From contig PFXJ01000119.1 of the NCBI GenBank assembly GCA_002791595.1, positions 1 to 55,148 on the forward strand: a DNA stretch of 55,148 bases, written 5' to 3'. This stretch comes from a candidate division Zixibacteria bacterium CG_4_9_14_3_um_filter_46_8. GTDB taxonomy: Bacteria; Zixibacteria; MSB-5A5; UM-FILTER-46-8. This document shows positions 1 through 8,873 of this stretch, in pieces; the stretch's first letter is position 1, and the number at the start of each line of letters is the position of its first letter. The notes under the pieces were generated by a model that worked only from the letters and a program-made list of their open reading frames with translations, did not search any database and was not told the origin of the DNA. Made by a program: the position numbers and the translations under genes.

Positions 1-1517
1 TAGTCGCCGCCCACACCGATAAATGTATATTCCTGACCAACCACTATCCCGCTCACATCAATTCCGGTGGTCGTCCATACCCTTACAGTTAGCTCCCCGG
101 AGCCATCATTTACCAGCACATTCCTTCCACCGCCCGATTCGCTCCCCACCGAGATTACATCGCCGGTCACCAGAACCCGTGTCCCATCCCAATTCTGCTC
201 CGCGGCCTGTCCGGTTGATAATACTTGAGGGGCAGGCAATGTTTGCGATGAATCGATAAAAGTTATTACCGGGTCCTCCAATTCCGTCCTCCCCTGATAC
301 ACCGTTATGGTGCCGGTAGCCAGTATCTCGATTCCCCTCTGGATATAGGCCGCATAATCCGGCTCCGGATTAAATGAAAATAAATTTAGGCCCCTTCCGG
401 AATTATCCTGAAAATAGGCATTCAAACGGCCTGTCTGAATTACATCGATCCCGATTGTTACTACTCCCTGGCAAGTTACCGTTTGCCCTTCCCACTCGGT
501 CGGATTGTCTTGAATATCAGCCATACTGGTTACGCCGGTAACTTGCACCGAATCCAATTCGGTGGTGCTGGAGGCCGCGGAATCATCGGTGGCGCTAACC
601 CGATAAAATAACCATCCCGCGCTATCGGTCGGTGGGATAATGGCAGTATAGGTTGAGTCGATATTGCTCATCGTCAATACTGTCGGGGTTGTATTATCAT
701 TCAATCCGTATAAAACCTGCGCCGTGGCAATTTGCGATTCATCGGTTATTGTCGCAGTTATGGTAATCTCATCATCACTCGTAGGCGCGGATGGAGCCAG
801 CGAGACATTTGATATGCGCGGGCGACGGTTGCCGGCCGGTAATTGCAAATCACCGGCGTCCCTCGGAATTATCACATATCGAATACCTCCCGTTCCTTCA
901 AAAGCGCCGACAACACCGGTAATCGAAAGGATGGTATCTTCAACGAGCGCATTGTAAATATAATAATCATTTCCGATATACATCGCCCCGCTCCCATCAT
1001 CCACTTTCCAACGCCCATCTTCATCCAGCACTTGAGTAACGGTTAAAGCCGATATTTTTACCAGCATCCCCTCGTATGCCTCCGCGCTGTCGTTGCATGT
1101 CTGCGAAAGCATTCCCGTCGTTATCGCCTTCGGCTCATATATCACCGCCCCTGCGCTATGTATTGTCAATCCGGATATACCGGTTAAATAAGTATATCCC
1201 CCAAAATCGTCCTCCGACACTTGGCCATTTAACGAAACTGAATCGCCTCGCGACACTGCCTGGCCCGAATTAGTAACGAAAATCCCGCTCCAGAGCGAAT
1301 CGGCATCTTGAATGTAGAACTGTTTCGAATTTGAGGGATTAACCGCCATTACCACCCCAGTAATATTGACATTTTGAAGCAGAAGAGGAGATGGATAACA
1401 ACCGATAATGCCCTGGGTGGTTTCATTGTGTTGAATTTCATAGATCGACTCGGCATTCGCCATGCCCGCCAGCAGAAACGGCAGACCCGCCGCTAATAAT
1501 ATTATATATCTTTTCAT
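1..1517 (-). CDS. Secreted multidomain protein, N-terminal part only (C-terminus runs off the left edge). Signal peptide followed by repeated OB-fold-like modules resembling the N-terminal modules of ExeM/NucH-type extracellular nucleases.
   Basis: Absent from the ORF track because it has no stop in the window. The reverse complement from 1517 reads ATG AAA AGA TAT... = MKRYIILLAAGLPFLLAGMANA/ESIYEIQHNETTQG..NITGVVMAV..FYIQDADSLWSGIFV. I hand-checked the frame at 1261-1517 and at 3-59 (..GIVVGQEYTFIGVGGD). A second module (DIQDN..GQTVTCQGVVT..AYFQDNSGRGLNLF) repeats the pattern. No complete minus-strand ORF is listed here, which fits one open frame. Confidence 0.6.
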   Translation of the reverse strand, partial: MKRYIILLAAGLPFLLAGMANAESIYEIQHNETTQGIIGCYPSPLLLQNVNITGVVMAVNPSNSKQFYIQDADSLWSGIFVTNSGQAVSRGDSVSLNGQVSEDDFGGYTYLTGISGLTIHSAGAVIYEPKAITTGMLSQTCNDSAEAYEGMLVKISALTVTQVLDEDGRWKVDDGSGAMYIGNDYYIYNALVEDTILSITGVVGAFEGTGGIRYVIIPRDAGDLQLPAGNRRPRISNVSLAPSAPTSDDEITITATITDESQIATAQVLYGLNDNTTPTVLTMSNIDSTYTAIIPPTDSAGWLFYRVSATDDSAASSTTELDSVQVTGVTSMADIQDNPTEWEGQTVTCQGVVTIGIDVIQTGRLNAYFQDNSGRGLNLFSFNPEPDYAAYIQRGIEILATGTITVYQGRTELEDPVITFIDSSQTLPAPQVLSTGQAAEQNWDGTRVLVTGDVISVGSESGGGRNVLVNDGSGELTVRVWTTTGIDVSGIVVGQEYTFIGVGGD

Positions 1518-1556
1518 CCTTCGCAGTTGTCCTGTTTGAAGTGATTTGTTATCATT

Positions 1557-2144
1557 TTATGTTACCCTGATGCCTTCCAGCACCATCTTGTCGTATATCA
1601 TCTTGGCGGCTTCAACCGCGTTCACCTGGTTGGAATCAATCTTCAGCAGTGGATTCTTCTCTTCGTCATACGGATAACCCACCCCCGCAATCCGTATCTG
1701 CCCCATCATCGCCCGTTCATACAGATTCTCGATTTCCGCCTTATCTGTACGGAACTTCTCCCTCTCTACGCATACTTCCAACGGACAATCGATAGAAATC
1801 ACTTCAAAATTGTGAATCAACTTTCGCGCCGCCTTCCGTCCCTCGCCCTTGCCATCCACTGAATCTAAAATGACATTCACCCCATGCTTATTCAAAAGAT
1901 TAGCCACAAACGCACAGCTGAAATAAACCAACTCCTTCTCTTTGTCCGAAAATGTAGGATTGGGGGTGATGATCTGACGCACCTCATCGAGTCGAAGAAT
2001 CTCAAATCTTATTCCGGCCTCTTCAAAGAGACTCTTCAGTTCCTTGCAGATAGTGGTTTTGCCGGCTCCGGATAGACCCGTTATCCAGATGGTCCAAGGG
2101 GGGCAAAGCATCAATTCCTCATCAGGCCAAGAATTAATTTTCAA
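1557..2144 (-). CDS. P-loop kinase, adenylyl-sulfate (APS) kinase-like but divergent
   Basis: Walker A 'ITGLSGAGKTT' is the APS-kinase-type P-loop, and the length (195 aa) fits. The downstream LDGD and FISP-type motifs are not conserved (LRLDEVRQ, ILDSVDGKG). Confidence 0.55.
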   Translation of the reverse strand: MKINSWPDEELMLCPPWTIWITGLSGAGKTTICKELKSLFEEAGIRFEILRLDEVRQIITPNPTFSDKEKELVYFSCAFVANLLNKHGVNVILDSVDGKGEGRKAARKLIHNFEVISIDCPLEVCVEREKFRTDKAEIENLYERAMMGQIRIAGVGYPYDEEKNPLLKIDSNQVNAVEAAKMIYDKMVLEGIRVT

Positions 2145-2430
2145 AGCGCAACGATATATAACCTCGCACTCGATGTCAATATATTTATCCTTAAATATCT
2201 TCTCAGCCCACAGGGGATTCGCAGACCTTAGTAAGAATCTGAAATGATAAGTACGAACTTATCAAACCAGTAGATCCCTTCCGATCATCTCGTTGTATGC
2301 TTGCCAGAGGGAGTCGGGGTTTTTGTGATTTATCGGGACTCGAAACCGGACCTATTACTCTCGATTATTCTGTAACAAAATTGCGAAATTGCCGTATGAA
2401 AAGGGGAAAGCGAAAATTCCCGGAGGTTAT

Positions 2431-2850
2431 ATGGCGAAAGAGCTGCGTAAATCAGAAAAGAAGATGATCGCGGGTGTGTGCGGCGGGGTGGCGGAGTATT
2501 TTGGAATCGACCCAACCATCGTCAGGTTGGCATTCGTGGCGCTTACATTTGCAGGCGGCTTTATGATAATAGTCTATATATTAGGGTGGATAATAATGCC
2601 ATCACGCAAGCGTGATGAGAATCAACGGCATCCGACTGATGCAACAACTCAACCATCGAATTCTTCCGGGAATCGCGTTATGTGGCTTGGCATAATTCTC
2701 CTGATCGTGGGCGCCGGATTTTTGCTGGGGAATTTTAATTATTTTTGTTGGTGGAATTTTGCCAGATTCTGGCCGGTTTTGCTGATAGCAATTGGCATTA
2801 TGATATTATTCAAGTCGTTTTCGGTAAGGGAGAAATCAAATGAATGCTAA
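2431..2850 (+). CDS. pspC: PspC domain-containing membrane protein
   Basis: 'KKMIAGVCGGVAEYFGIDPTIVRLAFVALTFAGGFMIIVYILGWIIMP' is the PspC domain signature. I prefer the ATG at 2431, which is preceded by GGAGG (2422-2426), over the ORF-track start at 2389. A C-terminal TM pair is present. Confidence 0.8.
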   Translation: MAKELRKSEKKMIAGVCGGVAEYFGIDPTIVRLAFVALTFAGGFMIIVYILGWIIMPSRKRDENQRHPTDATTQPSNSSGNRVMWLGIILLIVGAGFLLGNFNYFCWWNFARFWPVLLIAIGIMILFKSFSVREKSNEC

Positions 2851-3772
2851 CAGATTGCGAACGGGAATATTTTTGATCGGCATTGGCGTCATCTTTCTTG
2901 GCAATACATTGGGATACTTGGAATGGTTTGTCTGGAGTGATCTTTTGAGACTTTGGCCTATGATTCTAATCGCTATCGGGATCGAGATGGTTTTCAAAAG
3001 AAGCAGTTTGTCGTTTTTTTCCTATCTGTCTCCCCTGCTGATTGCGGCTTGCTTTATTTATGTTATTTATGACGGAGGAGCAGTGGCAGAGAAGGGGATT
3101 TCAACGGAAATCAGGCAGGCAACGTTTTCAGTTTCCAACGAAGAAGCTTCTGGTTTGGATTCATTGAAAATTGATTTGGATTTATCGTTAGGGGACTTTG
3201 ATATCGAATCGACCAATGAAGCCGCATTCACCGGCGAGATTGAATTTTACAATAAGGAACCGAAATTCAAATTTTCCAAAGAAGAGGGAATCGGGAAGAT
3301 TAGCTTGGACTATGACCATAATAGTCGGAAATTCAGGATGCGCCAAGGGAAGGGATGCCATTCAACTATTTTCATTACGGACAAAGTCCCATTGGAACTG
3401 TCGATTGACGCTGGAGTCGTTGATCTGGCTGTCGATCTCAGCAATATTCAACTCGCAAGGTTGGATATGGATTCCGGGGTCTCAGATGTAATGATTCGAT
3501 TTGGGGATAAATCCGACCATATTAAAGCCAATTTCGATATCGGTGTCAGCGATTTATCTGTTTACATTCCGGAAGGCACCGCAGTCAGGCTTCATAGGGA
3601 CACCGGTCTGGCATCGGTTTCGTACCGCGATCTTGGTTTGGTCAAAGTGAGCAAGGAAACTTATGAATCCCCCAATTATGGGACCGCCGAGCGCACCATC
3701 GATATCGAAGTCGATGCCGGCATAAGCGACATTAATTTGGAATACTACGACAGCGGACGAGGAAAAATATAG
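2840..3772 (+). CDS. LiaF-like membrane protein with C-terminal toastrack (DUF2154/DUF4097-type) domain
   Basis: N-terminal TM hairpins (GIFLIGIGVIFLGN..LWPMILIAIGIEMVFKR) resemble LiaI/LiaF-type TM regions. The C-terminus has repetitive beta-strand segments (LDLDLSLGDFDI.., DLAVDLSNI.., DIGVSDLSVYIP.., DAGISDINLEY) typical of toastrack domains. It overlaps the pspC-like gene by 11 nt, and the pairing is a known one. Confidence 0.7.
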   Translation: MNANRLRTGIFLIGIGVIFLGNTLGYLEWFVWSDLLRLWPMILIAIGIEMVFKRSSLSFFSYLSPLLIAACFIYVIYDGGAVAEKGISTEIRQATFSVSNEEASGLDSLKIDLDLSLGDFDIESTNEAAFTGEIEFYNKEPKFKFSKEEGIGKISLDYDHNSRKFRMRQGKGCHSTIFITDKVPLELSIDAGVVDLAVDLSNIQLARLDMDSGVSDVMIRFGDKSDHIKANFDIGVSDLSVYIPEGTAVRLHRDTGLASVSYRDLGLVKVSKETYESPNYGTAERTIDIEVDAGISDINLEYYDSGRGKI

Positions 3773-3920
3773 GGATTTTGATAAAGGAGGATGAGGATTA
3801 TGAATAATTATCTGGATCCATTTCAAGCCCTTCTCCATTACAGCATAAGGATGGATTACCTGGTGATATAGGGTTACCTGATAAACCGACATTCGGTTCG
3901 CGGAGACAATTACCATTTAG

Positions 3921-3960
3921 AAGGGTCGTTCCGATAAGGGATGACCCTTTAGATTTTTTA
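3921..3960 (+). terminator. Possible intrinsic terminator after the PspC/toastrack pair
   Basis: AAGGGTC(3921-3927)...GACCCTT(3943-3949) forms a 7-bp stem with a 15-nt loop, followed by TAGATTTTTTA. The loop is long, so this is weak. Confidence 0.3.
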
Positions 3961-4040
3961 GCTTCCAAGCTGATTTGATTCCGGTATTCACCAGCGAATT
4001 TGTGATTGGTGGACCAAGCGGCCGAATCCTACCAATTTTA

Positions 4041-4069
4041 TTGACTTGCGTGGGCCAAGCTATTAACTT
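4041..4069 (+). promoter_or_regulatory. Sigma70-like promoter candidate for comM
   Basis: TTGACT (4041-4046), a 17-nt spacer, then TAACTT (4064-4069), about 50 nt upstream of the ATG at 4118. The promoter consensus for this lineage is unknown. Confidence 0.3.
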
Positions 4070-4117
4070 TCGGCTTTGCCGTATTAATGGAAAGCTATCT
4101 GGGATCCCTGTAAGCGA

Positions 4118-5653
4118 ATGTTAGCGAAAATATTATCATCAGCCGTCGTTGGAATCGATGCCTATCTTGTGGGCGTGGAGACTGATATTTCTCCACAATT
4201 GCCGTCCTTTACTACTGTAGGCCTGCCCGAAGCGGCGGTGAAAGAGTCAAAGGACAGGGTGAAAGCGGCAATTAGAAATTCTGGGTTTCATTTTCCTGCC
4301 AAGAAGATTACCGTTAATCTGGCGCCTGCTGATATCAGGAAAATAGGAACCGCATTTGACCTGCCAATGGCGATAGGAATACTTGCGGCGACCGGGCAAA
4401 TCCGTCGCGAGGATTTTTCGGATACCATCTGCCTGGGTGAGCTTTCATTGGACGGGGCTCTTCGACCCGTGAATGGCATTTTGCCAATGGCGCTCAAGTT
4501 GCGGGAATTGGGCGATAAAAAAATGCTGGTGCCAAGGGAGAATGCCCCGGAGGCAGCTATTGCTGAAGGCTTGCCAGTTTTCCCGGTGGAAAATCTGGCC
4601 GAAGCCGTGAAGTTTCTTGAAGATGGCAATTCGCAGATACCATTCACGGTTGACATCAACGCAATGTTTGAAAGAGCCAGCGATTATATTGAGGATTTTG
4701 CAGATGTTAAGGGGCAGGAGCACGCCAAACGGGCGTTGGAAGTAGCCGCGGCCGGTGGTCATAATATAATTATGATCGGCCCCCCCGGTTCCGGAAAAAC
4801 CATGCTCGCGCGCAGGATGCCGACCATTATGCCCCAATTATCGTTAGAAGAGGCTTTAGAAACCACCAAGATCCATTCTGTGGCTGGTCTGCTTCCTGAG
4901 AATGTGGCCTTGCTGGCCACTCGTCCTTTTCGCGCGCCGCATCACACTATTTCCGATGCCGGCCTCATCGGTGGAGGAGCTTACCCCAAACCGGGAGAAG
5001 TCTCACTGGCGCATCACGGAGTCTTATTCCTAGATGAAATGGCAGAATACAAGCGCACTGTTCTGGATATGATGAGACAACCATTGGAGGACGGGCAAGT
5101 GACCATCTCCAGAGCCGCGACAACATTAACATATCCTTCGAGATTTATGCTGGCGGCGGCTATTAATCCCTGTCCATGCGGTTATTTCGGAGATGAATCC
5201 CACGAGTGCAAGTGTTCCACCGGCACGATAATGAAATACCGTTCCAGAATCTCAGGTCCGCTATTGGATCGTATCGATATCCATATTGAAATGCCTGCGG
5301 TAAAGTTGAGGGATTTGACCGCGGCGCCTTCTGGAGAGAAATCAGAATTTGTTCGCCAGAGAGTGAATCAGGCCCGGGCCATTCAGCTAAAGCGCTTTGA
5401 TGATCGGGCGGAAATATTCTGCAACGCTCATATGACTTCAAGGGACCTGCAGAAATTCTGCCCGATTGATGAGAAGTCCAGCAATCTTCTAAGGGTTGCC
5501 ATAAATCGTCTTAATCTCTCGGCGCGCGCCTATGACCGGATATTGAAAGTCAGCCGCACCATTGCAGACTTAGCTGGCATGGAGCACATCCTCTCCGAGC
5601 ATATTTCCGAAGCCATTCAGTACCGCGCCCTTGACCGAAATCTCTGGAGTTGA
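4118..5653 (+). CDS. comM: YifB/ComM family Mg-chelatase-like AAA+ ATPase
   Basis: N-terminal Lon-protease-like domain (VGIDAYLVGVETDIS..GLPEAAVKESKDRV). Walker A 'MIGPPGSGKTM', 'GVLFLDEMAEY', a Cys cluster 'NPCPCGYFGDESHECKCS', and the C-terminal 'SARAYDRILKVSRTIADLAG'. Confidence 0.9.
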   Translation: MLAKILSSAVVGIDAYLVGVETDISPQLPSFTTVGLPEAAVKESKDRVKAAIRNSGFHFPAKKITVNLAPADIRKIGTAFDLPMAIGILAATGQIRREDFSDTICLGELSLDGALRPVNGILPMALKLRELGDKKMLVPRENAPEAAIAEGLPVFPVENLAEAVKFLEDGNSQIPFTVDINAMFERASDYIEDFADVKGQEHAKRALEVAAAGGHNIIMIGPPGSGKTMLARRMPTIMPQLSLEEALETTKIHSVAGLLPENVALLATRPFRAPHHTISDAGLIGGGAYPKPGEVSLAHHGVLFLDEMAEYKRTVLDMMRQPLEDGQVTISRAATTLTYPSRFMLAAAINPCPCGYFGDESHECKCSTGTIMKYRSRISGPLLDRIDIHIEMPAVKLRDLTAAPSGEKSEFVRQRVNQARAIQLKRFDDRAEIFCNAHMTSRDLQKFCPIDEKSSNLLRVAINRLNLSARAYDRILKVSRTIADLAGMEHILSEHISEAIQYRALDRNLWS

Positions 5654-5674
5654 TGTCTTACGCAGAAGAATTAT

Positions 5675-7069
5675 ATGAACCTAATGCAACGCACCATAAA
5701 GAAATCGGCATCTCTATCAGGCATCGGGCTGCATACCGGCAATCAATGCACGGTTACCTTTAAACCCGCGCCTATCAATCACGGCATAATTTTTGTGCGT
5801 GAGGACCTTGAGAATAGGCCGGAGATTCCGGCAAATATCGATTATGTGGTTGATATCACAAGGGGGACAACGCTGGCCATCAACGGTGTCAAAGTTCATA
5901 CCGTCGAGCATGTTTTGGCCGCGTTAGCCGGGCTGCAGATCGATAATGCTATCGTGGCATTGAATTCCAGTGAACCACCGGTAATTGATGGTTCCTCCAA
6001 GCCGTTTGTGGATGTCCTTCTCGATGCCGGCATAACGGAGCAGGATTACCCCAAGAATTACCTTATAATTGAAAAGCCGATCAGTTATTCTGAAAAGGAT
6101 CGGGGAGTGGATCTGGTGGTGGTTCCGTCCGATGAGTTTCGCATCACATTCTTAGTCGATTATCGCTCACGGGTTCTTGGCACCCAATACACATCCTTAG
6201 TTGATCTGGACAAGGAATTTATTGATGAATTTGCTCCGGCACGCACTTTTTGTTTCCTTCACGAGGTCGAAGAGCTTCGAGAACATGGGATTATTAAAGG
6301 GGGGAGCTTAGGGAATGCCATCATAGTCTGCGACGATCCAGCCACCACGGATTTGACGAGATTGAAACATCTGTTCGATATAAAAGAGGATGTTTTTATC
6401 GGCAAGAATGGCATAATAAATGATATAAAATTGAGATTTCCGAATGAACATGTGCGGCATAAGGTTGTGGACTTAATTGGCGATTTGGCACTCCTTGGCG
6501 CTCCTCTCAAGGCCCACGTTCTGGCGGCGAGATCTGGGCATGCGGCCAACGTGGCTCTCGCAAAGATTCTCAAGAAGGAATATGACAAGAAAAGAATAAC
6601 AGCCCGTTACCAGCAAACTCCAGTGAGAGGCAAATACCTTCTCGATATCGAGGCGATTCTAAAATTCCTTCCGCATAGATTTCCCTTTCTGCTGGTGGAT
6701 CGGGTCTTGGATATGGTGGCTGGGGAGAGGATTATAACTCTAAAGAATGTCACCATCAACGAGCAATTTTTTCAGGGGCATTTTCCAGCCAGACCGGTGA
6801 TGCCCGGGGTCCTGATTATCGAAGCCATGGGGCAGGCCGGCGCGCTCCTGTTATTGAATATGTATGAAAATCCAGATACGAAGCTGGCTTATTTCACTAC
6901 TCTGGAAAAGGTCAAGTTCCGTCGGGCAGTGGTTCCCGGCGATACGTTGATTTGTGATTTGCAAATGACCGCATTCCGCCATAGCACATGCCAATTTATC
7001 GGGAAGGCCTTTGTTGATGGCGAGCTTGCCGCAGAGGCCATTCTAAAAGCCGTGATTGTGGACAGGTGA
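5675..7069 (+). CDS. lpxC/fabZ: Bifunctional UDP-3-O-acyl-GlcNAc deacetylase / 3-hydroxyacyl-ACP dehydratase (LpxC-FabZ fusion)
   Basis: The N-terminal ~300 aa are LpxC-like (QRTIKKSASLSGIGLHTGN.., HTVEHVLAALAGLQIDN, HKVVDLIGDLALLG, SGHAANVALAK). The C-terminal ~150 aa are FabZ-like (LPHRFPFLLVDRV.., INEQFFQGHFPARPVMPGVLIIEAMGQ). Confidence 0.92.
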   Translation: MNLMQRTIKKSASLSGIGLHTGNQCTVTFKPAPINHGIIFVREDLENRPEIPANIDYVVDITRGTTLAINGVKVHTVEHVLAALAGLQIDNAIVALNSSEPPVIDGSSKPFVDVLLDAGITEQDYPKNYLIIEKPISYSEKDRGVDLVVVPSDEFRITFLVDYRSRVLGTQYTSLVDLDKEFIDEFAPARTFCFLHEVEELREHGIIKGGSLGNAIIVCDDPATTDLTRLKHLFDIKEDVFIGKNGIINDIKLRFPNEHVRHKVVDLIGDLALLGAPLKAHVLAARSGHAANVALAKILKKEYDKKRITARYQQTPVRGKYLLDIEAILKFLPHRFPFLLVDRVLDMVAGERIITLKNVTINEQFFQGHFPARPVMPGVLIIEAMGQAGALLLLNMYENPDTKLAYFTTLEKVKFRRAVVPGDTLICDLQMTAFRHSTCQFIGKAFVDGELAAEAILKAVIVDR

Positions 7070-7843
7070 ATGGCTGAAATCCATCAAACAGCCATCGTCA
7101 GCAGCGAATCCCAACTGGCAGACGATGTCACTATAGGTCCTTATTCCATCATTGAAGGCCCGGTGAGAATTGGCAGTGGATCTCGAATCGCCTCACATGT
7201 TTTGATTACCGGCACTACTTTTATCGGGGAAGGATGCAAAATACATCACGGCGCGGTCATAGGAACCAACCCTCAAGACTTAAAATTCGCCGGTGAGGAA
7301 TCCGAAGTCAGAATTGGAAACAAAGTTACTATTAGGGAATATGCCACTGTAAACCGTGCCACCAAGGAAAGCCGGATCACAAGTATTGGAGATAATTGCT
7401 TTTTGATGGCTTATACCCACCTTGCTCATGATTGTCATTTGGGAAAGAATGTAATTTTAGCTAACAGTGTCCACCTTGGCGGCCATGTGCATATTGATGA
7501 TTTTGCGATCGTCGGCGGGATAGTGGCCCTTCATCAATTCGTGAGCGTAGGCGCCCATAGTATGGTCGGAGGGGGTTACCGAGTCCCCAAAGATATTTGT
7601 CCCTATGCAATTGCGGAGGGCTATCCATTATCCATCAAAACCATCAATCGCATCGGACTCCAACGACGAGGTTTCTTGCCGGAGTCAATAGAGATTATCA
7701 AATCGGCTTTCAAGATACTTTTTAATTCCCCTTACAACACTACCGATGCCGTCGCCAAGATCAAAGCCGAATTGCCTCAAACCAGTGAAATCCTAAACAT
7801 CCTCAATTTCATATCCGCCTCCAGACGAGGCCTGACCAAATAA
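7070..7843 (+). CDS. lpxA: Acyl-ACP--UDP-GlcNAc O-acyltransferase
   Basis: Starts 'IHQTAIVSSESQLADDVTIGPYSII', with left-handed beta-helix hexapeptide repeats and 'AYTHLAHDCHLGKNVILAN..LGGHVHIDDFAIVGG'. The ATG directly abuts the lpxC-fabZ stop. Confidence 0.92.
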   Translation: MAEIHQTAIVSSESQLADDVTIGPYSIIEGPVRIGSGSRIASHVLITGTTFIGEGCKIHHGAVIGTNPQDLKFAGEESEVRIGNKVTIREYATVNRATKESRITSIGDNCFLMAYTHLAHDCHLGKNVILANSVHLGGHVHIDDFAIVGGIVALHQFVSVGAHSMVGGGYRVPKDICPYAIAEGYPLSIKTINRIGLQRRGFLPESIEIIKSAFKILFNSPYNTTDAVAKIKAELPQTSEILNILNFISASRRGLTK

Positions 7844-8838
7844 TGATTCGAACCGCGGTAATAGGGGTGGGACATCTGGGCGGCAGTCACGCCCGAACCT
7901 ACAAAAAAATTGATGATTGTAAATTAGTTGGGCTTTTTGATACCGATAAAGAAAAATCAAAAGAGATTGGCCGCCAGAATGGAGTGAGGACCTTCGATAG
8001 CCTCGGGGAACTGCTTGATGAATGTGATGCGGTTTCCATTGCTACCCCGACGCCTACGCATTTCGAAATCGGAATGGAGGTTATCAAGGCCGGGAAGCAT
8101 CTACTCATCGAAAAACCAATTTCCGCCAATGTAGATCAGGCTCAGAAATTGGTGGATTTGGCCGTTGCCAAAGGGGTCATATTGCAGGTCGGACATATCG
8201 AGAGGTTCAATCCGGCATTTTCGGCGTCGCGGAAGTATATCGGCAGACCGCTTTTCATCGAATCGCACCGCTTGACTCAATTTGCTGGGAGAGGAACTGA
8301 AGTTGATGTTATTCTGGACTTGATGATTCACGACATTGACATCATTCTGGAATTGACCGGAGAGGAACCGTCGGAAATTCGAGGTGCGGGAGCGCCGGTA
8401 CTTACTGAAACATCGGATATCGCCAATGTTCGTCTGGAATTTCCCTCAGGGTGCACCGCCAATATCACTGCTTCCCGCATTTCAGCGCACCCGATGCGCA
8501 AGATGAGGATCTTCCAGAAGGCAGGGTATATTTCCATTGATTTCGCGGAGCGCAAATCCGAAGTATATCTTTTGGGAGGAAACGATGAAATTATTGGCGA
8601 CATCGCTCCCATATTCAGAATACCATCCGGCATCGAGGGAAAGTCAATCCAAATCATACATCCCGAGGTTAGGAAAGTGGATATGCTGGAGGAAGAAATT
8701 AGAGATTTCATCACCTCAATGCAGAAAAATATTACTCCTAAAGTAGATGGCTACGCCGGTCTGCGAGCGCTGAAAGTCGCCGCTATGATTATGAATACTA
8801 TGCCGAAACTGCCAATGGAAATGGAGAAAGATGGATAA
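7843..8838 (+). CDS. Gfo/Idh/MocA family NAD-dependent oxidoreductase (possible UDP-GlcNAc 3-dehydrogenase, GnnA-like)
   Basis: Rossmann N-terminus 'IRTAVIGVGHLGGSHA', plus 'AVSIATPTPTHFE', 'GKHLLIEKPIS' and 'LQVGHIERFNPAF'. It overlaps the lpxA stop (TAATG). The family call is firm. The GnnA function rests on position only. Confidence 0.8.
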   Translation: MIRTAVIGVGHLGGSHARTYKKIDDCKLVGLFDTDKEKSKEIGRQNGVRTFDSLGELLDECDAVSIATPTPTHFEIGMEVIKAGKHLLIEKPISANVDQAQKLVDLAVAKGVILQVGHIERFNPAFSASRKYIGRPLFIESHRLTQFAGRGTEVDVILDLMIHDIDIILELTGEEPSEIRGAGAPVLTETSDIANVRLEFPSGCTANITASRISAHPMRKMRIFQKAGYISIDFAERKSEVYLLGGNDEIIGDIAPIFRIPSGIEGKSIQIIHPEVRKVDMLEEEIRDFITSMQKNITPKVDGYAGLRALKVAAMIMNTMPKLPMEMEKDG

Positions 8839-8873
8839 TTGATGACAAATGCAAGCCCCAATTTAGGATAAGT

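Noticed and set aside
2330-2400. tRNA-like 'GGGACTCGAAACCGGACC' stretch in the cysC-like/pspC intergenic region
   Set aside because: On the reverse strand, the putative T-arm (..TCCGG TTTCGAG TCCCG..) cannot base-pair, and no acceptor or anticodon arms could be drawn. It is not a tRNA.
3554-3916. 120-aa minus-strand ORF at the end of the toastrack gene
   Set aside because: About 60% of it overlaps the 3' end of a well-supported plus-strand gene. It has no motifs and no RBS.
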